54,387 nt of DNA from a virus, in the IMG/VR virus record IMGVR_UViG_3300010273_000001, positions 1-54,387 of that record, one strand, 5' to 3'. This document shows positions 8,121 to 13,188 of this stretch, one piece after another. The notes beneath the pieces were generated by a model. It was not told where the DNA came from, made no database searches, and saw only the letters and a list, made by a program, of their open reading frames with translations. A program made the position numbers and the translations under genes. The first letter of the stretch is position 1. Every line of letters begins with the position of its first letter.

Positions 8121-8345
8121 TTACAGCTTTTTCACTAAATCCACACCATACACAACACCAAGGCTTGAACCTCTATCCCAAGTACAGAATATCGTACCCG
8201 CATCATCCACGAAGTCCACTGTACCTTTGTCTCCGGGTCTCAATTTGGAGTACGGGTCATTCATCCATACCAATTCAACACGAGTTCCAACCGGGTATTC
8301 ATTTCGGAGTCTCTCTACAGTCTCCTTTGAAGGGAACTTTTTCAT
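8121..8345 (-). CDS. DUF4314-like small protein (74 aa)
   Basis: SD AGGAGGTG precedes the internal ATG at 8345. The ...GDKGTVDFVDDAGTIFCTWDRGSSLGVVYGVD pattern recalls DUF4314 (from memory). Confidence 0.55.
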   Translation of the reverse strand: MKKFPSKETVERLRNEYPVGTRVELVWMNDPYSKLRPGDKGTVDFVDDAGTIFCTWDRGSSLGVVYGVDLVKKL

Positions 8346-8361
8346 AATATCACCTCCTAAA

Positions 8362-8407
8362 ATTTTATTATGCGTTCGGGCTGTCGGGCTTGTGACCGTC
8401 TGCCCGG
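8362..8407 (-). repeat. 45-nt conserved element, copy 2 (partner 5866..5911)
   Basis: Same core sequence, here entirely non-coding between the stop at 8419 and the SD of 8121..8345. Confidence 0.75.
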
Positions 8408-8418
8408 CTGCATTTCTG

Positions 8419-8811
8419 CTATTTTTCAATGGCTTTTAATATTGCGGCGTTTGTTTCTTCATCCGCTTGATTATTCCAGTTATCGTGGAATTCGTCTACA
8501 CCCTCCATCATTTCGTATAAAACCTCTTCGCCTATAATGTAGTAAAGCATATTGACGAGTTTTTCTGGATCGCTCAAATCGGTGTAAATTTCGCCAAAAT
8601 TCTCTTTTTCGTATGTCTGCACTTTTTCAATTGCTTCGAACACATCATATTCTTTCAGGGCTTCTTTGGCTTGATGGATGCCGATAATATAATAATCGGT
8701 ATTAAAAACTTCGTTATGCAAGTCGCAATAGTACCCAGAATAACCATTTTTTAACGCTTCGATTATAGCGTCTCTTGCTTCTTCTCTCATTTCTTGTTCT
8801 TTTTTATTCAT
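8419..8811 (-). CDS. hypothetical protein (130 aa)
   Basis: SD GAGGAGG upstream. The ATG overlaps the stop of the upstream small ORF (ATGA). Confidence 0.65.
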   Translation of the reverse strand: MNKKEQEMREEARDAIIEALKNGYSGYYCDLHNEVFNTDYYIIGIHQAKEALKEYDVFEAIEKVQTYEKENFGEIYTDLSDPEKLVNMLYYIIGEEVLYEMMEGVDEFHDNWNNQADEETNAAILKAIEK

Positions 8812-8981
8812 TTTGCTACCTCCTCATTGATTAATTTTTTAATGCCTTTTTGAGTGTCTGCCATTAGGCGTCCTTTGCTGGTATACGTGCTATACATGCC
8901 GCTGTGTCTGTCCCTTTCAATAAAATGACCTTTATACATATAATATTTGTTTAGGTTATCAGGTCTTGTTATGTTTTTCAT
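8808..8981 (-). CDS. hypothetical small protein (57 aa; below the ORF-track cutoff)
   Basis: My translation gives MKNITRPDNLNKYYMYKGHF...INEEVAK. SD AAGGGAGG lies 8 nt before the ATG at 8981. ATGA overlap with the next gene. Confidence 0.45.
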   Translation of the reverse strand: MKNITRPDNLNKYYMYKGHFIERDRHSGMYSTYTSKGRLMADTQKGIKKLINEEVAK

Positions 8982-9026
8982 TGTTTTTTACCTCCCTTTG
9001 TTTAAACATTTTTTATGCCCACTCCA

Positions 9027-9221
9027 TTAAATAATCCTTCCTCTTATTACTTGAAAATATTTAACATCCTTTTTGTAATCTATGTCTGGATGTTTTTCCT
9101 TGAACAATTTGATGGCATGTTCTTGATTGCGGGCTTGAATGCAATCAGTTTTGTTTACATTTCCAAAAGTAGACACTAAAAATCTGCGACATCTTACGAA
9201 TTTCAAAATCTCTCCCCCCAT
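9027..9221 (-). CDS. hypothetical small protein (59-64 aa)
   Basis: The ATG at 9221 lacks an SD. An alternative TTG at 9206 follows GGGGGAGAG and overlaps the upstream stop (TTGA). Confidence 0.45.
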   Translation of the reverse strand: MGGEILKFVRCRRFLVSTFGNVNKTDCIQARNQEHAIKLFKEKHPDIDYKKDVKYFQVIRGRII

Positions 9222-9781
9222 ACATGTTTGAATTCTTTCAGATTGAAAACATCTTTTAAGCTTTTTTCTAAATGGGCAAGCCCGTAAAAATCACCAAAAA
9301 TGTCAACGAATGTTTCGATTTTTTGTTTGCAACACTCACATGTTGTTATCTCAGTGAGTTTGCAGTAATAAACTTCCCCTTTTAGGTAAGCGTTGTAAAC
9401 ATCCAATTCTTCCTTAAGAATCTCCATAGCTTTTTCTTCCCAATTATTTTCTTTAGCACCCAGATTATTAATTATGGAGTTTTTAAAAGCAACTGCAACC
9501 CCAACTTTCCGGCATCCCCTTTTGTGTGCTCTGTAAGTTTTCAAAGCCGTGCCGGAATGTTGAAACAAATCAACCACAAGTGTTTCTTCTTCTTCATAGT
9601 CTTTTAATTCTTCTAAACTTCCAAATTCCCTTTCATCCCCGAGTTTTAAACGCGGCTGGCAAAACAATGTCCAATAATTATCAAAAATTTCACGCGGGTT
9701 TTCTGCGCTTTTTACCCGATAAATCGAAAGTCTCTGCGTCGGGACTCCCGACTTTTCATAAACTGAAAACAACTTTTCCAT
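9203..9781 (-). CDS. hypothetical protein (192 aa)
   Basis: SD GAAAGGAGAA upstream of the ATG; CECC cysteine cluster. Confidence 0.65.
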   Translation of the reverse strand: MEKLFSVYEKSGVPTQRLSIYRVKSAENPREIFDNYWTLFCQPRLKLGDEREFGSLEELKDYEEEETLVVDLFQHSGTALKTYRAHKRGCRKVGVAVAFKNSIINNLGAKENNWEEKAMEILKEELDVYNAYLKGEVYYCKLTEITTCECCKQKIETFVDIFGDFYGLAHLEKSLKDVFNLKEFKHVWGERF

Positions 9782-9865
9782 AAATTCTCCTTTCTCGCTC
9801 TGCCTTTTTCATCCCGGCTTGCGACGGGCAATGGCGGCATTAAGAAAGGACTGCGTCCTTTCGGC

Positions 9866-10096
9866 TTATATTATACGTTTACAGTTTCGGCGAATGTAGT
9901 CTATAAATTCGGCGGGTTCCATTTCGCATAATTTCTGCGAATATACTTGCAAGCCGTACACTTCATCTAGCGCATACTTAGCGGCAAATCGTTGTGCTGT
10001 TTCTCTGCGCTTATATTCTGATTTGTAGCGTGTTATAAGCGTTCCGTCGTTGCCGCAAGGATGAACGCCTTTTTTAATGCCTATTAGATAATACAT
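9866..10096 (-). CDS. hypothetical protein (76 aa)
   Basis: SD AAGGAGG upstream of the ATG. Confidence 0.6.
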   Translation of the reverse strand: MYYLIGIKKGVHPCGNDGTLITRYKSEYKRRETAQRFAAKYALDEVYGLQVYSQKLCEMEPAEFIDYIRRNCKRII

Positions 10097-10099
10097 AGG

Positions 10100-10327
10100 T
10101 TAAACCTCCTTGTTATCAGTTATTATTCCATGATAAACCGTTACCCAGAATTCAGGATCCAATTTCAAGTAATCTTGCAGAATTTCTTCTCTTGTTTTGT
10201 CTAAATCATATACTTGATATTTTAGATCAGTTTTCATGCATAAAGATATCATGTCCCAATCGCAGATGACTTCGCCAATTTTAATGTCGTTAAAGACTAA
10301 ATCACATTTAATAACCTTTTTATTCAT
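10100..10327 (-). CDS. hypothetical protein (75 aa)
   Basis: ATGA start/stop overlap with 10324..10518. Confidence 0.6.
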   Translation of the reverse strand: MNKKVIKCDLVFNDIKIGEVICDWDMISLCMKTDLKYQVYDLDKTREEILQDYLKLDPEFWVTVYHGIITDNKEV

Positions 10328-10518
10328 AGTTTCACCGCCTTTTTAAAATCTGGTTTTTCGCCTAACTGGAAAACACTCTCTCTTAATCTATGGTAGCCTT
10401 TTTCATCTAGTAACTTTTTTAATACTTCAATGTTGAGTTTTTCATCAGATTCAGCAACCAACTCCTCATCCCATAAAGGATGCCCTTTTTTGACAGCCCA
10501 ATATAAATAGATTACCAT
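10324..10518 (-). CDS. hypothetical protein (64 aa)
   Basis: SD GAAGGAGGAA upstream of the ATG. Confidence 0.6.
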   Translation of the reverse strand: MVIYLYWAVKKGHPLWDEELVAESDEKLNIEVLKKLLDEKGYHRLRESVFQLGEKPDFKKAVKL

Positions 10519-10539
10519 TCCTATTCCTCCTTCTGAATT

Positions 10540-10773
10540 TCATTTTGCTAGTCTAAATGTGTAGCCCCATGTTCCGCTCTGTCCAATTTCCCCGCCGAAA
10601 AACACATGCACTTCTTCCGGGAAAAATTCAGTCTGAAAATATCTTCTGATGATTTCTTCAGCCTCTTTGGGATCGCAGGTCGCTCCGAGAGAACGACCAC
10701 TTCCCGTCTTTATGACTGCTCCGTGCGCGAAATCGCAGAAGCAGTCAAGGTTTGTAATTTTTTCGATCATCAT
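10540..10773 (-). CDS. hypothetical protein (77 aa)
   Basis: SD GAAAGGAGAA immediately 3' of element copy E. Confidence 0.6.
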   Translation of the reverse strand: MMIEKITNLDCFCDFAHGAVIKTGSGRSLGATCDPKEAEEIIRRYFQTEFFPEEVHVFFGGEIGQSGTWGYTFRLAK

Positions 10774-10795
10774 TTTTTAATTCTCCTTTCTGGAG

Positions 10796-10853
10796 CATTA
10801 CTAACTCCATGAAGCCTGCGAAAATTCTTCGCAGACTTTAGCAATTAGTAATG
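10796..10853 (-). promoter_or_regulatory. intercistronic structured element, copy E
   Basis: Perfect 9-bp outer arms CATTACTAA/TTAGTAATG and an inner stem AAGTCTGCG/CGCAGGCTT (one G-U). The upstream stop codon TAA (10845..10847) is part of the 5' arm. Confidence 0.7.
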
Positions 10854-11057
10854 ATTGATTAATTCCCTTTTGCCTTCTCTTTCCCATTCCGCTTTTTCTG
10901 CCAGAAATCTGTCGATTTCCGCGTTTTGCCTTTCAGCACCCCTAATCTTCCCTATAATCTCCATGTTCCTTCTCACATTCGTAAATGGGTTGCTGTAAAG
11001 AACACCGTTCACTTCTACAGAAAAATAGCCTTGATTAAAGTATTTTGATTTTCCCAT
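10845..11057 (-). CDS. hypothetical protein (70 aa), first gene after the AT-rich hub
   Basis: SD AAGGGAGAA upstream of the ATG. Confidence 0.6.
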   Translation of the reverse strand: MGKSKYFNQGYFSVEVNGVLYSNPFTNVRRNMEIIGKIRGAERQNAEIDRFLAEKAEWEREGKRELINHY

Positions 11058-11197
11058 CAGTTATTCTCCCTTCTTTTAGCGCTTCGCTATTTTTTTTCAC
11101 CTTGATTATACTATATAGAGTTCGTTTTCGCTTGTTTTTTTTCTTTTTTTATATTCGTATGCATCGTTGCACGGCCTGTTTACCGTAATAATACCTT

Positions 11198-11214
11198 GGC
11201 GTTTTTAAGACTTT
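11198..11214. repeat. 17-nt direct repeat GGCGTTTTTAAGACTTT, copy 1
   Basis: Perfect match to 11459..11475. Confidence 0.9.
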
Positions 11215-11308
11215 AATGGCCAAAAAATTAAGATGAAAAAAGAATTTAAAAATTCAAAAAGATTTAAAATAATTTCTCAAAATTTACTTTTTTGTCTTAT
11301 AACTTCCG

Positions 11309-11324
11309 AAATGTTGTAATATTT
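11309..11324. repeat. 16-nt inverted repeat, left arm (AAATGTTGTAATATTT)
   Basis: Perfect reverse complement of 11442..11457; the arms are 117 nt apart. Confidence 0.9.
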
Positions 11325-11441
11325 AGTGTAATAACCATAGAATGAATTTTTTTTTGAAGATAAAATATATATGGTGAGGTGTGTGTGTTAGGAAAAATAA
11401 AATGTGATAAAAAAAATATTCTATATATAGGAAATTACATC

Positions 11442-11457
11442 AAATATTACAACATTT
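11442..11457. repeat. 16-nt inverted repeat, right arm
   Basis: Reverse complement of 11309..11324; abuts direct-repeat copy 2. Confidence 0.9.
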
Positions 11458-11458
11458 G

Positions 11459-11475
11459 GGCGTTTTTAAGACTTT
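11459..11475. repeat. 17-nt direct repeat GGCGTTTTTAAGACTTT, copy 2
   Basis: Perfect match to 11198..11214. Confidence 0.9.
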
Positions 11476-11524
11476 TTTTAAGATTTTTCAAAATTTTTTA
11501 AAACTTTTTAAAACTTTTTAAAAT
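11471..11524. repeat. 10-bp phased A/T tracts (AAAACTTTTT-like units, about 5 copies)
   Basis: The sequence reads acttttttta|agatttttca|aaatttttta|aaacttttta|aaacttttta in exact 10-bp register. Confidence 0.85.
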
Positions 11525-11584
11525 AATGGCTTTTGCGTGCTTTGTGGCTACTTTTAAGACGCTTTTGTATCAACATGTATACGT

Positions 11585-11610
11585 AAAAAAAAGACCCGAG
11601 ATGGGTCTTT
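11585..11610 (-). terminator. intrinsic terminator after 11613..11954
   Basis: The minus sense reads AAAGACCC-AUCUC-GGGUCUUU followed by a U7 run, 3 nt after the stop codon. Confidence 0.75.
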
Positions 11611-11612
11611 GG

Positions 11613-11954
11613 TCAGATCTGGGCAAAACCACGACATCCAATGATCCGTCCATCTTTGTCCCGAACGCTGTCGTTTACGACCAAGAGGTCAGATCGCTTC
11701 CCAGCCGCCGCCTGCGCCACCAGAGCGCTTACGACATAGAAAACCCCGGGCAGTGGGTCAGGAAGTCCAGTAATTTCACCGTAGAAGTTCTTTGAGATGG
11801 GAAAACCATCAATTTCCCCGATTACTTCAGAACGGACAGCGACCCGAGCAATACCGCTAGACTTTATCTTTTCGGCGAGCTCATCCCCGCGGTATAGATG
11901 GATTTCATGAGGTGTCAAGTTAACAATCACTTTTTCAACAATCACTTTTTCCAT
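11613..11954 (-). CDS. hypothetical protein (113 aa)
   Basis: SD GAAAGGAGA precedes the internal ATG at 11954 (MEKVIVEKVIVNLTPHEI...). Visibly higher G+C than the rest of the arm. Confidence 0.6.
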   Translation of the reverse strand: MEKVIVEKVIVNLTPHEIHLYRGDELAEKIKSSGIARVAVRSEVIGEIDGFPISKNFYGEITGLPDPLPGVFYVVSALVAQAAAGKRSDLLVVNDSVRDKDGRIIGCRGFAQI

Positions 11955-11966
11955 TCTCCTTTCCGA

Positions 11967-12029
11967 AGTCTGCTGACTCCAAAAAACCCACAACCGCATG
12001 CGGTTGTGGGCTCTAGCAATCAGCAGACT
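11967..12029 (-). promoter_or_regulatory. intercistronic structured element, copy F (inner hairpin is terminator-like)
   Basis: 10-bp outer arms AGTCTGCTGA/TCAGCAGACT. The inner hairpin CCCACAACCGC/GCGGTTGTGGG is followed by T6. The upstream stop TAG overlaps the 5' arm. Confidence 0.65.
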
Positions 12030-12450
12030 AGTCTAGGTAGAGGTCGCACAGTTTGCTGACTTCTGCAAGGATTGTTTCCTTAGTGATGGTCGGATTCATG
12101 AGTTTTTTGATTTCCGCGTTGATAAACCGGATCGCCGCCAGATCTGTTTCGTCCAGATCCGCTTTGTCAAAAAGTCGTTTCTTTTCCTTTTCTAGCTCTT
12201 CCAGCGCGTCTTTGTCCACCTGCTTGAAGTAGTCAACCAGCCGCAGGAAGTCGGCTTTCAGCCGTTCTTCTTTTGAGCGCATGGTGCGGCTGCTTTCGGT
12301 GCGTTCCACCACCTCCCATCCCGCTGCTGCCAGATCTCTTAAACAAGCGGCGGTGTTTTTGCCAGTGCCGCTGTAGCCAGTCAACACCCTAATGGCTTCA
12401 TTAGGGGAATTAAAGGTTCTGACTTGTTCGCCATTCTTAAGTTTGATCAT
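12028..12450 (-). CDS. hypothetical protein (140 aa), first leftward gene
   Basis: SD GAAAGGAGG lies 7 nt before the ATG. Confidence 0.65.
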   Translation of the reverse strand: MIKLKNGEQVRTFNSPNEAIRVLTGYSGTGKNTAACLRDLAAAGWEVVERTESSRTMRSKEERLKADFLRLVDYFKQVDKDALEELEKEKKRLFDKADLDETDLAAIRFINAEIKKLMNPTITKETILAEVSKLCDLYLD

Positions 12451-12471
12451 GTTGTGCCTCCTTTCACTAGT

Positions 12472-12477
12472 ATTATA
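12472..12477 (-). promoter_or_regulatory. candidate -10 box (TATAAT) for the leftward arm
   Basis: The minus strand reads TAGTAGTATAATACTAGTGAAAGGAGG. No convincing -35, and the leader would be very short. Confidence 0.3.
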
Positions 12478-12550
12478 CTACTATTAAACCGTTTCCTTCC
12501 GTTTTTTTGTGTATTTTATGCGCAGCACGGCTCCGCTAGTTCGCGTGGTC

Positions 12551-12586
12551 CCGGTTCCGGTTCCGGTTCCGGTTCCGGTTCCGGTT
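12551..12586. repeat. hexanucleotide microsatellite (CCGGTT)x6
   Basis: Six perfect tandem copies read directly; degenerate flanks at 12547..12590. Confidence 0.95.
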
Positions 12587-12588
12587 CT

Positions 12589-12632
12589 GGGCGTTCCTGC
12601 GCGCGCCGGGCGTTCCTGCGCGTTCCTGCGCG
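12589..12632. repeat. three copies of CGTTCCTGCGCG (two within GGGCGTTCCTGCGCG)
   Basis: Copies at 12592..12603, 12611..12622 and 12621..12632. Confidence 0.9.
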
Positions 12633-12750
12633 CACCGGGGGGGGGTCGCCACGGAAGTCGCCCGCTGCCGCGCGCCCGGGGGGGGTATAGTCCACCTCCA
12701 TCGTTAACAGAAAAGAAAGGGGGGTAAAGCGAACAAAAATTTGCAATAAT

Positions 12751-12779
12751 TTGCAATTTCAAAAAGAATAAGGTATAAT
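12751..12779 (+). promoter_or_regulatory. sigma-70/sigma-A type promoter for the structural arm
   Basis: TTGCAA (12751..12756), 17 nt, TATAAT (12774..12779), 25 nt before the terS ATG. AATTTGCAAT is duplicated at 12739..12758. Confidence 0.55.
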
Positions 12780-12804
12780 AGGATTAAGAGGCAGGTGAGA
12801 AAAA

Positions 12805-13188
12805 ATGGCAAATTTAGAAGCATATGAGAAGGTAGTTCAGAATTTAAAGATAGTGAAGGCAATGAAGAGTGCGGGGCAAACGGATCGGGAGATAGCGGAG
12901 CGTATAGGGATAACGGTAAAGGAATTGCTAGAGGTTATAGGGTCGGACAATTATTTAAAGGAGATATATGAGAGGGCGCAAGAGAAGGTAGTAGCGGGGA
13001 TAGAGAGCAAGTTTATAGAAGTAATGGAAGAGAAATTAGAGGAAGGGGATACGAGGGATGCGAAGTGGTATTTAGAGAGGGTATCGCCGAAGTATCAGAA
13101 GAAGGACAATGTGATGGTAAGTGTAAAGAGCATTGATGAGGTAATAAGGAATCGAGGGGGTTTAAGTGCCGAAGGAGAAGATGTTTGA
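12805..13188 (+). CDS. terS: terminase small subunit (candidate; HTH protein)
   Basis: Helix-turn-helix-like TDREIAERIGITVKELLEV. Lies immediately upstream of and overlapping terL. SD GAGGCAGGTGAG. Confidence 0.55.
   Translation: MANLEAYEKVVQNLKIVKAMKSAGQTDREIAERIGITVKELLEVIGSDNYLKEIYERAQEKVVAGIESKFIEVMEEKLEEGDTRDAKWYLERVSPKYQKKDNVMVSVKSIDEVIRNRGGLSAEGEDV

Noticed and set aside
11105-11110. A TATAAT box about 40 nt upstream of the 10845..11057 start, as the early promoter.
   Set aside because: There is no acceptable -35 or extended -10 (TAGTATAAT). Several equally weak candidates exist in the AT-rich hub, so I cannot single one out without start-site data.
4495-12029. Whether the six repeated intergenic elements could be a CRISPR array or MITE-like transposons.
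   Set aside because: The copies are separated by 0.3-3 kb of coding genes rather than 25-50 nt spacers. The arms differ between copies. There are no cas genes, target-site duplications or transposase. RNA-level structure explains the pattern better.
12424-12762. Four overlapping ORFs (72-92 aa) across the GC-rich island, translating to GSGSGSGS, PVPVPVPV, TGTGTGT and PEPEPEPE.
   Set aside because: All frames on both strands stay open only because the repeats are GC-rich and stop-poor. There is no SD, the peptides are low-complexity, and the ORFs sit between divergent promoters. Treated as non-coding repeat DNA.
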